From: Mayamaea pseudoterrestris
Taxonomy: Eukaryota
DNA: 64,000 nucleotides
Direction: 5' to 3'
Assembly (NCBI GenBank): GCA_027923505.1
Contig: BROI01000032.1
Location: 186,001-250,000, forward strand
Shown piece after piece: positions 41,151 through 53,501 of this stretch. The translations under genes were made by a program, and so were the position numbers. The first letter of the stretch is position 1. Every line of letters starts with the position of its first letter. Under the pieces are notes generated by a model. That model was given only the letters and a program-made list of their open reading frames with translations. It was not told where the DNA came from and did not search any database.

Positions 41151-41451
41151 GGTTGCAACTACTAGTGCTTTTGAAATCAATAGAATATATGCGTGATGGA
41201 ATCAATCACAAACTAAGAATGAGACTTGCAGGAGGGCAGCCGGAAGAAAGTTTGTCGCGCAGAGGAACGATGGGAAAGGATGCGCGGAGGCACGCGAGGG
41301 ATGGGGTTTTTGGATTTCCACGTGTCGAGTGATGGTGCGACTTCTATGCGACTCACGACTCGCGCTTCTTCTTCACGATCAACATCATCATTTCGGATTT
41401 CGGAGCCAGCTTTCCTTCCTCACAGTCAGTCTGAGATACACTTGTTAAACA

Positions 41452-42591
41452 ATGAACCAACCACCACTACCACCAGAAGCTTCCATATTCACTCTAGATG
41501 CCGATGCGGTTCATAGGAACGCAGTGCATCGAGAAGTTGTCCGACGAGGAGGACCACGATGCCCATCCATGCGCGGCCGGTTCGTTCCAAGTCCAAAGTC
41601 GCGGCAACAGCAACAACGACAGCTGAATGGATCAGCTGGCGAGCAAACGAAAGCTCTTACAAGTAGTAGTCAAGATCGTGTCAAACAAAAGTTGCATGCT
41701 GCTCCGTTAACTGTCAGCAATGACCCGCTTTCATCCGACGAACTTGATCGCATCAACCAGCACAAGTCACTCATTGCAGAATTACGACCTGATCGACGAA
41801 AGATTAAATGGAACCAGCATGTTTCTGACTGGGAACGAAAACCAGCGCATCGACAGCATATTGAAGAGTTGCAAATGCATGATTTGCAGGGCGTTCGCGT
41901 CTCCTCTTTGCCAAGCAGCATGGACTTGAACAGGTCCTTTTCAGGCCTTCACATGGAGGATGAAATGACACGGAATCCAAGTTTGTACATTGACGAGATG
42001 GAAGATAATTTAGCAACGTGCTTCAAAACAATGCGCCGCGTCAAGCGTGAGACGCAAAGCAACGAAGACAAATGTCGCGAGCTGCGAGAGGCGTGCGACA
42101 AGGTGCGCACAAAACTGCTGCAGCTACCGCCCCCTCCAAAACATTTGGCCATGCGGCAGGCGCAGCAGCAATTGGAGTCGATCAAACGGCATTTATCAAC
42201 AAAGCAAACGGAGCTGGAGGAGCAGATTGGAATGTTGCGCATGCAGCACAGTCGACTGGCGGCAGACATTAGCATGGCAAAAGAATTGCTGGAGGAGGAA
42301 GATGGATTGCATACAATGGAGCCCTTGTTAACAGATAATAGCGATGAACGGTTTGATGAAGGCAATGAGATCTCTTTGTTGGCGTCTGCTGTCACGGGCA
42401 CTTGCCATGATGGCAAGTATACCAGTGGCGAGCTGGCGTCGCAACACAGTAGCTTATGCGCAGAACTAAGATCATCGCAAGATTTGTCGCCAATAGCTCG
42501 ACTGGGACAGGTTCGAGAAGCAACACTGTCGAAGGACGATTATGGATTGGACATTAAGCAAAGAAAGCCCGCGACGCCTGCAGCGGCATAA
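41452..42591 (+). CDS. Hypothetical coiled-coil protein
   Basis: 379-aa ATG-initiated ORF with a heptad-like central region; no recognised domain. Confidence 0.65.
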   Translation: MNQPPLPPEASIFTLDADAVHRNAVHREVVRRGGPRCPSMRGRFVPSPKSRQQQQRQLNGSAGEQTKALTSSSQDRVKQKLHAAPLTVSNDPLSSDELDRINQHKSLIAELRPDRRKIKWNQHVSDWERKPAHRQHIEELQMHDLQGVRVSSLPSSMDLNRSFSGLHMEDEMTRNPSLYIDEMEDNLATCFKTMRRVKRETQSNEDKCRELREACDKVRTKLLQLPPPPKHLAMRQAQQQLESIKRHLSTKQTELEEQIGMLRMQHSRLAADISMAKELLEEEDGLHTMEPLLTDNSDERFDEGNEISLLASAVTGTCHDGKYTSGELASQHSSLCAELRSSQDLSPIARLGQVREATLSKDDYGLDIKQRKPATPAAA

Positions 42592-43100
42592 TAGTAGTAA
42601 CTTGCTGGTTAATTTCACTGTCATTGGTAACAATACACATCGGTCACTTGACAACCGCAGCTCAACCGGTCGTATCTCGATTTAGCTAAATGCATGTCAA
42701 AGGCATCGGCGAGCGAAAACCCCCGCTGGCGTATTTTGTGAGCGTGGAGGGCTTTTTCATGGTCGACTCGCTCGGATCAACGACAATATTGGGCGCGCCA
42801 AAAGTCTAACGTTAACCTTAAATGTACTCTGTGGAAGTCGGATATGCGCCATGGAAAAAATTTGTGGTTGTATTTCGACCGCCAAAGGAGCAATCAATCT
42901 TGTGTACGGCAGGCAGTTGCAGATCGTGTAAACAGCACGCCGCATTGTTGTGTCGCCCATTGGCCATCGCCGTGTGAGCCAAGTCGTCCGTCTCAAGTTG
43001 GGAGTACCTCAAAAAGTCTTGAAAAGGTGCTACCTTCGGTGTCGGCGCCCTTCATCCTGCTAGCGTGGACGACTCGCTGCAACCATCGTGGAATCGCAAC

Positions 43101-44316
43101 ATGTCGGCAGGCTCACAGCCATCCTCGGCCAATGGCAGCAGCAGCAAAGCATCTAGTGGCAACTACTTGTTTCCAGCCATGAAGGACAAGCTTCAGTCGT
43201 CCGCCCGAGATCTCATGAGAAGCATGGAGCAAATGGTGGGACGAAACAAGCCTGACAATGTCAAGTCATTGGAGAATACGTTGCGCGCCGTCTTTTCGTC
43301 CTGCACGTCGGGTGCGGATGTCAACGTGACGACGCATCACGAGGAGGAGGAATACAATGAGGCAGGAGAATCATCATCGCCTAGCAAGAATTTCAAGCGA
43401 GGACCTGGAATGGCGAGTCGGATTCCGGCCAGCGAAACTGGTGAACATATTTACGCGCAACTCTTTTTCGACGATCAAGTGCGGGCCGCCAAGGCGGTGA
43501 ACGCGCTAAAGGAGATTGACATGGCGAGTAGCGCCAAGAAGAAGAATGTGACACCCGTCAAATCTTACTATCCTTCGCAACAGCAGCAGCAACTATCCAA
43601 GCCATTTCCAGCGTCATCACCAGCGCGCCAAGTCCAGCATTCCGACTTTGACATTCAGCCGACCAACACTTTTGACGATTCGATTTCGGCCATTTCGGCG
43701 CACACGCTGGAAGCCATGGCGCGCGCTGGACCAACAAGTGGCAGTCCCACGTTTGCAATACGCGACGCGGCTCCAGTCTACCAGACGCGCCTGCCAGCGT
43801 CGACGGCCGTGTTTGTTTCGAGCGAACATGTATTGACGAAACCATATGTGCCTTCGGTGCGCGTCCGCAGCTCGGGCGACTATAGCGGCAAGAGTCAGTC
43901 GACCAAGACGACGACGACTGACTCGTCGAGCTTTGATCAGTGGCAGCGGGAGGACAAGAAGTATTGGGTGGATCAGACCAAAAAGGATCAGCTCGTCAAA
44001 AAGCATCGTCGGCCGAGTCAGGGTGAATTGGTAAGTGTGTAGATCAGACAGTGCAGGAGACTGAAAGGAAAAGCTGATGATGCTGCAATGGACTCAACAT
44101 TGCCATAATCTCATATTTTCAATATAGAGCCGCCACACGCGGTCGACGGCAACAACGACTGCAAGCTCGGGACGGAGCTCCCACTACCATCCGCATGATG
44201 CGACGGACTACTTTTTTCACAAGGAACCCGTGGCATTGGTCGAGACGGCGCCTGCAGTGGACCAGTACCGTGGACGAGTGGTCTACGACGCAGTGCGCAA
44301 CACGGGGGAGATATAA
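43101..44316 (+). CDS. Hypothetical Ser-rich protein (exons 43101-44030, 44128-44316)
   Basis: Long ORF ends at a GTAAGT donor at 44031. The acceptor at 44127 continues in frame to TAA at 44316. Contains FDDSISAISAHTLEAM. Confidence 0.65.
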
Positions 44317-44544
44317 AGCTTTAGTTAATGGAGCAAAATGGGCACGTGGTAACCATTTTATGATAGAGATTGTGGCTTGTACATGCCACTTTTTTTGATA
44401 ACAACAAGGAATGGCCTTACAAGGATAAGAGGTCCAGTCATACTGAAAAACGTTAAGGTGTTGTTTGTACAAGTTTTTTATCATTAGTTACGTTTGCGAA
44501 GAATCCTCTTGTAAGCGAATAGTCCTTGAGTTATGCGTAAGACC

Positions 44545-45910
44545 TCACAGGTGCGAGTTGCTCTGCACTTCTCGAATGCCTTCGACAATGTGTTCCACAG
44601 ACTTTCCCTTGAAGCTAATGTCGTAGATTGTCTTGATGAGTGGAAATGCCGCTAAAACTCCTTGTGATTCAAGCACCTGGTAAGCCTCCATGCACGTTAG
44701 TGTGCCTTGGAGTTTTTGGCCTTGAAGAAGTTCTGCTTCAATGACTTGCCATCGCTTTGCGCACTCTTCCTCGAACGAACAATAAGTTGCATTGTCTTTC
44801 GACACTGCCTGCTTTTGCTCCAATGAGCGAAGCGCAAATGCTTCGGCGCACTTGCGATTGCGTCCACCGTAGCACGTCGTGATGAGATCAGCCATGCCAC
44901 AACTTTCCGTAAAGGTTTTATCTTGGACGCCGTCAAAGAACATGTGACAAAAACGTGCCATTTCCCGGAGTCCCACTCGTAGTAACGCAGCCTTTGTGTT
45001 GCTGCCCAGTCCAATGCCGTCGACAAAGCCGGCGCCGAGCGCAATCACATTTTTGAGAGCGCCGCAAGCCTCCGCACCAGCCACATCGGAAACATGCTGC
45101 ACTCGAAACGTTGGTGTATTGAACACAAGTCGCGTAATCTCGTCAGTCGGAGGTCCAAACTTGGATGCCAACGTACTCTCGCAAATCTAATAAAATGAGC
45201 GTGTGTGAGTTGGCGGCTCCTCTTTGACAACAATAACCGTCAGCTCGACATCAGGCACATACCTGTCCTAGAGCTACATCAGTTGCAACATTGGCTCCCA
45301 TTAGAACAGCGCATGGCATGCCTCCCATTGCTCTAGATATCGAGTCAGAAATGAGGACTGGTAGCTTTGTATTATGGTCAAAATCTGCGGCGAAAAGACG
45401 ATTCATTTTGTTAGACGACCAGCCAAGACCAACAATACAAGATACAAGAAGTCAATCCCATTGACGGTACGTGCAATGACTCGACTCACCAAGACCTTTA
45501 ATTAACGACACTCCTCGACATTCATGATGCGCACTGGCTCGAATGATTGGTACCAGTCGCGGCAAGAACTGATGGGGCAGCACAAAAATGAGCAGCGTTG
45601 CACCTTGGCAGGCGTGCGCCAAGTCGGGCACGGCGCGCACGTTTCTGGGAAGCTCAATGCCGGGCAAATACTTTATATTTTCGTGGCGCGTGTTGATGAC
45701 ATTGGATAGCAAGTCTTGACTGCCATTCTCGAGGGTGACGGTTTCGTCAAAGACCCACATGTTTACTTGGTCTTCAAAGTGGTCGTAGCGAGCGCAGTTT
45801 TCGCCAACCATTTTGGCAATGGCACTTCCCCAATTGCCAGAACCAATGATGCAGACTCTGTCGAGCTGATCCGAAAAGTTTTGAGGGTTGGAATTTGTAT
45901 ATGACTCCAT
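44545..45910 (-). CDS. GPD1: NAD-dependent glycerol-3-phosphate dehydrogenase (exons 45490-45910, 45263-45384, 44545-45186)
   Basis: [72 protein letters not shown]. The 5' end is uncertain. Confidence 0.93.
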
Positions 45911-46448
45911 GGCTGGTATTGGTGCAGAATGTAGCGTTGTTTCGTCGACTTTGCTGGTCGTCCTTGGATGGGATGCTGTGCGATGAGAAGGGTGGCTAGA
46001 ACTTCGAGCCAGACAGGAGCTGAGCGAGAGCAAAGTGATGGCAAGTACAAGTAGGTGAATGATGACACGTCCGGGGGAGGCTGATGATGCGCGCTTTCAA
46101 GGCCACAACCAAAGTTATGGTGAGGTGAGCCAAGCGATATCGAACAACGATGGGATGCCGATGGACCGCGAGCAGTTTCGCGCCCGAATAGGCCTGTCGC
46201 TGTGACGTGTCCGTTTCAGCGGATTTGATTGGCTGCCGCAAAACCGGATGGGCTGACGTTGCAATATCCCTATCCATAGGCGTCTTTCAAGGAATCTGGA
46301 ATCTTGACAGACAGCTCTTGTTGCGGACCTCGGCGTCACTTTCCGACGGCTCTCTGCTTAACTTGTCACTTTCCTCCCTTGCTTGTCACTAAAGCTTTGC
46401 ATCCTACATAAAGGTGTAATCAGAAGAATAGTTATCTAACACTACAAT

Positions 46449-46634
46449 ATGCCAGTCCAATCTGCCTTTACGTTGCTCATTATTGGTGGTGCCTTTGCGG
46501 CAGCCAGTGGCTTGATCGGCGGCTTGAACTACTTGTATGAAGGCAAGCGTCGCCGGTCCATTGGAAACGATCAGTGGCGTCACTACATGGAGCAAAGAGA
46601 CTTGGCCATTAAGAAACATTTTGGTGCAAAATAG
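46449..46634 (+). CDS. NDUFA1: Complex I accessory subunit MWFE/NDUFA1-like
   Basis: 61 aa. N-terminal TM helix, then GK.R...D.W..YMEQRD..I. Confidence 0.75.
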   Translation: MPVQSAFTLLIIGGAFAAASGLIGGLNYLYEGKRRRSIGNDQWRHYMEQRDLAIKKHFGAK

Positions 46635-47030
46635 TGCAGCAGTCATGCTCAAGCAAGGGAGTTGAATGATGGGTGTGACACTGGAGCAAGCACGGCCGAA
46701 TTCGCGTTTATGTCAAAGCTTTCAATGGTGCTATTGCACTTGTAATAGCAGTAACATTTTAAACAGAGGTTTTAAACTATGCCATAGGTATTCCCGGTCT
46801 TTCCTTGCCGCAACAGCGCGTCAATTGGGAGCTGCAGCATGTCGTACGTCGTTCGTCCTACCGGTACCCTTTGAAACCGGAGCGACATCTTGCAAGCCAC
46901 CCGGATTCAACCGTTGCATCAATGAGCCGACGCCGACCATCGCGACAATGGCGGAGTGTCGCTGCAACTCTCCGGCAATCACCTTCAAGACGAGTCTATT
47001 AGAACACCTACAGAACCAAGTCGTTAGAAT

Positions 47031-48469
47031 ATGTGTTGCTGCTGTCCATCCGCCATTTCAGCCATCTTTTGTCTGTGGTGTCAAAGCGGATGTAGAGCAA
47101 GTACGGTCGCAGGTAGGTGCACCGCCAGCAGACAGCAGATGGATGACGCTTCGATCTTGATCTCCTCTGTTGCGAAGTATTTAACCTTTTCATACCTTCT
47201 TTTCTCTTGATGTTTAGGTGCTCTTACTTTCTTTCCTCCAGGTAAATTCAGTTTGCAGCGACAAGCATCGTTTTGTCCGAATTCGGACTCTCGTTTATTT
47301 ACACCTTTTCCGATTCCTATATCATCCCTTTAGAACCTCCACTCTATCAATTCGAACGACATGACAAGCACGGAAATTTCCTAGGCGAAAGAGAAGCTGG
47401 CACGAACGAAGACAAGGATGATGACGACAACAAACGAACCGATAGCGACGGCGATTCATCGATTGGAGAAATCCAAGGCCCACCAAGCTCGCAGCCACTG
47501 GAAGCTGAAACAAAGGGTCAGACGCAAAAAAAGATCAAATCCCCCATACAGGAACTCACAGACCAAGCCAAACTCCGCAAGCGCCGCGCCGTCGAACGCA
47601 AAACGCGCGACTCGAACGACGCCAAGCATGGCGTCACATTCAAACTACTTTTGGATCCTCGCTTGCAGGTTCCTCCGCACGACGAGGGAGCCATTACCGC
47701 CGTCAAAATTGCGTCGCCACGGAACGTTTACATTGGCGCTTTGATTTACCGCGTTCCGGTGCACCGACGAACGTCTAGTACAAGAACCATGCTGTTTAGT
47801 CATGGCAATGCGACGGATCTTGGAGCGACCTTTCCAATGCAAGTTGTCTTGGCGCATTCGCTTGACATTAATGTCGTTGTTTACGATTACAGTGGCTACG
47901 GCGAGTCGGGCGGTGTGCCGACGGAAGCTAGTACATATCGAGATATTGATGCCGTTTACGATTATGTGCTGGATACCTTGGCGGACGGCGACTCGACAAA
48001 AATTATACTGTACGGGCAATCAGTCGGCAGTGGACCTTGCTGCTACTTGGCGTCAAAGAAGGATGTGGGAGTTTTGGGCGGACTGATACTGCATAGTCCG
48101 TTTACGAGCGGCATGAGAGTATTAACGCCGAGTCGGTGAGTGAATGCGGGCGATCGAGATGTGCAGCTCTCATTCCAAACACTCACATTACTTTTGACAT
48201 ATTGTAGTTTGCTTGCATGTCTTGATATCTACCCCAATATTGACCGCATCCCTAAGGTGAACTGCCCCGTAATGGTAATCCATGGCAAACTTGACCAAGA
48301 GGTTGACTTTTCGCACGGACTGCAATTGTACCGAGCTGTTGCACCAGACCTGCGGCGCGAACCTTGGTGGGTGCCCGATCGGGGACACAATGACATTACG
48401 GATGGAACGGGCAAGCTTGGAGAATATATAAGGAGGATTCGGACTTTTTTGTTGAGTCTGGATGAGTAA
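47031..48469 (+). CDS. ABHD17: ABHD17-like alpha/beta hydrolase, putative depalmitoylase (exons 47031-47112, 47218-47241, 47334-48135, 48208-48469)
   Basis: Spliced N-terminus MCCCCPSAISAIFCLWCQSGCRASTVAGALTFFPPEPPLY; FSHGNATDLG; YDYSGYG; GQSVG nucleophile; HGKLDQEV; GHND. Confidence 0.88.
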
Positions 48470-48748
48470 GCTATGATGCAAGAGGTAGTTTTTTACTGTA
48501 AATGTTTGGATTAACGTCCCTGTTATTTTTGCTATCAAGAATGCTGAAAACAGTTACTACCTAGTATCAGAACATGTGGACTTATGATGAGCAAGAGCAA
48601 TTGCTGCATCATCTAAGACATAGCATCACTTAACTGTAAATGAAGTAAGACGATCGAACCTGAACGATCAAACAACAGACATGACGCGACGATTTGCTCT
48701 CAACACGGAACCTTTGCGCGCTTGCTTTGACTCTGTGAACACAGCATG

Positions 48749-49432
48749 CTATCTCCGATTCTTCTTCTTCTTTTGCCCCTTTTGTTTATCGTGTTGCTCA
48801 TGTCCAATATACTTTTTGATGCGAATTGGCCTCGCCCCAAGCCACGACTGATCCATTTCTCGCTTGGCGCGCGCACATTCCAATGCTTGCGTAAAGCTCA
48901 CGAAGCCGTAACCCTTGCTTTCGCCGTCGGCGTTGCGGACAATTTGAGCCTCGTGAATGCTTGGGTACTTTTCGGAAAAGTGATTGTACAAGTCAACTTC
49001 GGTAGATTCGGCTCCAATGTTTCCGATAAATAGAGTGAAGTTGCCAGTCAGTTTGGAATTTTTCGTTGCTTCTTGTGTCTCTGGTTGCTTGTTGGAAGCA
49101 GGATGCGTCTGCTTGTTTGAGATAGCGGCTGGTGGAAGGGGTGCCGCTGGAGGAGGCTGAACTGCGGGTGCGAGACGGTCAGGCTGACGCTTCTCTGTAG
49201 CATTATGTAAGCTCGACGCATTATCTGACAATTGCTCAATCGTTTCTAATTTCTTTACTCCAGATGCAGCAGCTACAACGACGCCTCTCGGTAAATTGGG
49301 TTTTAGTTTCTTGGTTGGTGGGGCGCCAGCCGCATCGTCCGCGTCGACTTGCTCGGACGCTGTCTCCTCTTGCTTAACTTTGGCTTCGACATCCGAGACT
49401 TCATCAAAGAAGGCATCTAAGTCGTCAGCCAT
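48749..49432 (-). CDS. Single-RRM protein, RBM42-like
   Basis: LFIGNIG and SKGYGFVSF..ARAKREMDQSWLGARPIRIKK with a basic tail. Start assumed at MADDLDAFF. Confidence 0.75.
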   Translation of the reverse strand: MADDLDAFFDEVSDVEAKVKQEETASEQVDADDAAGAPPTKKLKPNLPRGVVVAAASGVKKLETIEQLSDNASSLHNATEKRQPDRLAPAVQPPPAAPLPPAAISNKQTHPASNKQPETQEATKNSKLTGNFTLFIGNIGAESTEVDLYNHFSEKYPSIHEAQIVRNADGESKGYGFVSFTQALECARAKREMDQSWLGARPIRIKKYIGHEQHDKQKGQKKKKNRR

Positions 49433-49670
49433 GTTTGCCAGAAATGCAGTGCGTACTACTTGTGGGTCGCTCTCCTTCTCTCGTCGTTCCACGCGTTTTG
49501 CGTCCCATGGTCGGATGTGAGAGCCTCGTCGCGATGGAGCAAGGGTCGTAAAAGAACCGGTACGACTCGAAGCGGTACTCATCGTCCGCACGCATCTTTT
49601 TGCGTCGCCATGACATTCTTGCCGCTGCACAGCGTTTGAATTCATTGCTTGATCAAAACTAATCGCTACC

Positions 49671-51354
49671 ATGTCAGCCGGCGAATGTCAGACAGGAAAC
49701 CGTGGGGATCACGACGATGTAAGTAGCAAAATTGTTTACACTGGAAGGAGATAGATGACTACTCGCGTCGTCGTCGATTTGCCTTTCTGACACGGAATTT
49801 TAATTCAACATAGGAAGAAAAGGACGACACTCCACCTCCACTCGACGAAGGCGACATTGCTCTCTTGAAAACTTATGGGCTCGGTCCCTACTCTGCCGGC
49901 ATTAAGCGCCTCGAGGAGGAAATCAAGCAGCACACGGCCAAGGTTAAGGACATGATTGGCATTACCGAGTCAGACACTGGCCTCAGTCCGCCCAGCATGT
50001 GGGACTTGGTCGGTGACAAGCAAATGATGTCCGAGGAAGCGCCCCTGCAAGTGGCGCGGTGCACCAAAATTATCGCCGGCGATGCTGCCGCACCAAGCGG
50101 ATCCGATACGGTGCAGGCGGTGCACCCGCTCATGGGCGGTCAGGCTAGTTCCAGTACAACAGCGGCGCAAAACAAGTATGTCATTAACATTAAGCAAATT
50201 GCCAAGTTTGTCGTTGGTTTGGGTGAAAAGGTCGCGCCGACGGATATTGAGGAAGGCATGCGGGTTGGCGTTGATCGCACCAAGTATAGCATTCAGATTC
50301 CGCTGCCACCAAAGATTGATCCAACAGTCAGTCTCATGACAGTCGAAGACAAGCCAGATGTCACGTATGATGATGTTGGTGGAGCCAAGGATGCCATGGA
50401 AAAGTTGCGTGAAGTATTGGAGCTTCCGCTGTTGCATCCGGAGCGATTTGTGACGCTTGGAATTGATCCGCCCAAGGGAGTCTTGCTATATGGCCCTCCG
50501 GGAACGGGCAAGACGCTGAGTGCGAGAGCTGTGGCTAATCGAACGGATGCTTGCTTCATTCGAGTCATTGGAAGGTATGTTTGACTGTCTCGTGTTGATG
50601 TATTCATTCTGTCGTAGCGCCGCTCTCACAACCGTCTCAACACAGTGAACTTGTTCAAAAGTATGTTGGCGAAGGTGCCCGCATGGTTCGTGAAATCTTT
50701 AGTAAGTAGTAAGCATCGATTAAGTGGAGCAAATGAGGATCGTCTTGTTTGGAAGTGTTTCTTAGTCTGTTTTCGTCGTGGCTAAAATGCACTGGGCTCA
50801 CGAAACCCTTTCACGCTATCCTTTACGTTATAGGTCTCGCACGATCGAAACCTTGCTGCGTGATCTTTTTTGACGAGGTTGATGCCATTGGGGGTGCTCG
50901 TGGCGGATCAGATGATGGTGGAACCGACAATGAAGTTCAGCGGACCATGTTGCAGATTGTTTCAGAATTGGACGGCTTTGACGCCCGAGGAAACATCAAG
51001 GTTCTCATGGCAACCAATCGTCCAGACACGCTTGATCCTGCGCTATTGCGTCCTGGTCGTTTGGACCGCAAGGTTGAGTTTGGTTTGCCAGATCTTGAGG
51101 GACGCGGACACATTCTTAAGATTCATTCGAAACGCATGAATTGCGACCGCGATATTCGGTTTGAACTCATTGCGCGCTTGTGCCCTAACACTACCGGTGC
51201 CGAGCTGCACAGTGTCTGTACGGAGGCTGGCATGTATGCTATTCGGGCGCGTCGTAAGAGTGTCAGCGAGAAGGATTTCCTTGACTCGGTCAATAAGGTC
51301 GTCAAGGGTTACAAAAAGTTTAGCTCTACGCCCAAGTACATGGTATACAACTAA
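49671..51354 (+). CDS. PSMC2: 26S proteasome regulatory ATPase RPT1/PSMC2 (exons 49671-49718, 49814-50574, 50646-50701, 50834-51354)
   Basis: [60 protein letters not shown]-terminal [11 protein letters not shown]. Confidence 0.96.
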
Positions 51355-51518
51355 ATTGAAAGCGCAATGTAACTTTGCTTTGTATGACGCCCTTTTACAT
51401 CTATTTATATCGTACCTGCGCTTGGTCGGTCAGAGGTATAAATATGTGCATCGATGTAATCGTCCGTGAAGCAGCAGCTCATAGGCCGTAGCCATCGGTG
51501 TTGCTCCCCAAGAAAGGT

Positions 51519-53094
51519 TTATTGGTGGACAACGTTCCTCTCCAGTCGCTCTTGTCTCAATTTGGTTATCCGCGAAAGTGCGGCTTCTTTGCGTTCTCTT
51601 GTCGATATAACAACATTTTGTTGGTCTAGTAAGGGTGCCATGATTCTTTTGGCGCTCCAATGCCTTCGATACCAGGAGCTGCCGGCACGGGATGACGCAA
51701 GCCCATCAAGCTCCTCGTCCGACAGTTTATTGTAGCGGCAGTGTAGCTCCTCGCATACTTGTTGAAAGTCAGCGAGTCGTCGGATATGTTGCGATGCCAT
51801 TTTCTCTCGAAGATCGGGTTGTTCAGATAGATACCGAAATAATATTTTGAACAAATGCCCACGCACAATGTTGCAGCTCTGGCCCAATACACCTGGAAGC
51901 GGTGGATACTTCTGACACCAATTCAAGTACTCGGAGGCAAACAGAAATTGCTGATTCAAGACTTGCCGCGATGACCAGAGCGACGAATCCAGTGCAAACA
52001 CTCCCGGGTTCTCCAACAAAGCTTCCGAACTCATAACTGCAGCCGCGTTGGTTAATTGTCTCACCCTCTCGACGTCTGAAAATTGTTCAATGCCGCCATT
52101 GGCAACAACTGGTATTGTAGGGTCGTATTCGCTTACCAGAGCAGTCACTCTAGCGATCTGGTCAAAATGGCATGCAACAACCGCGACTTTATTTTCACGA
52201 ATCGTTCTCCCATGAATCGTTATAAAATCTACCCCAGTGTCTAGTATGCGAATTATTCTTTTGGGCAACGTGTTTGGATCTTCTGGGAGACGAATTTTTG
52301 CCGAAACAGATACCGAGTCTGGCAGAGATTGTCGTAAAGCGGACAGAATCGCACAAGCGGTCAATGGGTCTTGATCCATCAAGTGCGCACCATACCGACC
52401 TTTTCGAGCAATGCCTTGTGGACAGCCTGCAAAAATGCATGGTCAATTTACAACATGTCGAGAAATTGATATCAGTATGTACCGCATCATCAACTGTTCG
52501 AAGTCACTTACCCAAATTCAAATCAAAACCATGGACTCGCCCACCGGTATGCTCCAGTACCAGTTCAGCCACTTCGACCACTCGAACCGGATCATGGCCA
52601 GCAAGTTGGACAATGACAGGGCCGCACGTCCATGCTTGTTGCTCGTGGCTCAATCTCCCTCCATCGTCCATGCTCTTGCTTCCTTCCAAAAATTCTCGTT
52701 GCTCGCGTGACCAAATCGCCGGTATCGGCGTATACTCCCACAAATCCAAGTGATTCCTTCGAAAGGTCTCTTGCTTCAGCAAGTTCTCCGTGTGCAGCAT
52801 TTGTGTAAAGGTCAGATCGACGCCGTACTGTCGACAGAGGCATCGAAACGCGTAGTCAGACGCAGCCACCATGGGAGCAGCAATGCAGTTGATCGGCTTG
52901 TCATGTTGAGGTAGGCGTAAGGAAAAAATCGGCGTTGCATAATAAAACCGACGTGGCTTGTTGGATGGTGAAAATCGCAATTGGTTCATCATTTTTTGTC
53001 CACGAATGGTGCAAAAGCCAAACGCTTCTCGAAGTAACGCCGTCCCAAGCAGCAATAGCAGTACGCCTCGTCGAAATCCGACGATTATGCCCAT
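51519..53094 (-). CDS. tRNA-dihydrouridine synthase (DUS1-like) with N-terminal signal-like extension (exons 52512-53094, 51519-52426)
   Basis: IAAPMVAASDYAFR.LCR, PVIVQLAG, DLNLG^CPQGIARKGRYGAHL, VSAKIR, ITIHGRT, PVVANGGI, VMSSEALLENP. Confidence 0.9.
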
Positions 53095-53395
53095 ACGTTG
53101 CTATTAGACTCCCTCCCTTATCTCATTTACTTTTTAGTAAGAGACCTTAAGGTTTCCGGTACAATGCGTGAGGTCGTTTGAGCGAAGCAGCAGTGGCCAG
53201 TGGCATCAATGGTCGAACGAAAATTGTAAAATCGTCGCCTGTCACGCTTTGTCACACCGTTTCTCGTTTTTCGTTCCATTAACTTTACGAGTCCTACTTC
53301 GTATGTAGTATTTACGACCACAAAAGGAATATGTAATATGTTTTAATCTAAACCATTGTATGTTTATTGAATGTGGCAAGGAAGGAACTGACTGT

Positions 53396-53470
53396 GAGCC
53401 ATCAGCAAGTCTTGCTGCGTCCGTCGGGCACATCCTCCAAGTAGACATACCGTCATTCAACGCTAGACTC
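53396..53470 (-). promoter_or_regulatory. Candidate SECIS element in the SelU 3' UTR
   Basis: Minus strand: AUGA at 53456-53453 and UGAU at 53404-53401; GGUAUGUCU/AGACUUGCU helix; GAGUC/GGCUC lower helix; AATAAA at 53368-53363 downstream. The canonical apical AA is absent. Confidence 0.5.
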
Positions 53471-53501
53471 TTTCTGCTCGTCTGTGTATAATCGTGATTC
53501 C

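Noticed and set aside
46666..47160. 164-aa ORF as the ABHD17 first exon
   Set aside because: A different frame (ATG 47031, MCCCC) splices in phase to the microexon and fits the family.
49433..49672. 80-aa N-terminal extension of the RRM ORF
   Set aside because: It would overlap the RPT1 start codon and leave no promoter, so it is more likely the shared bidirectional promoter.
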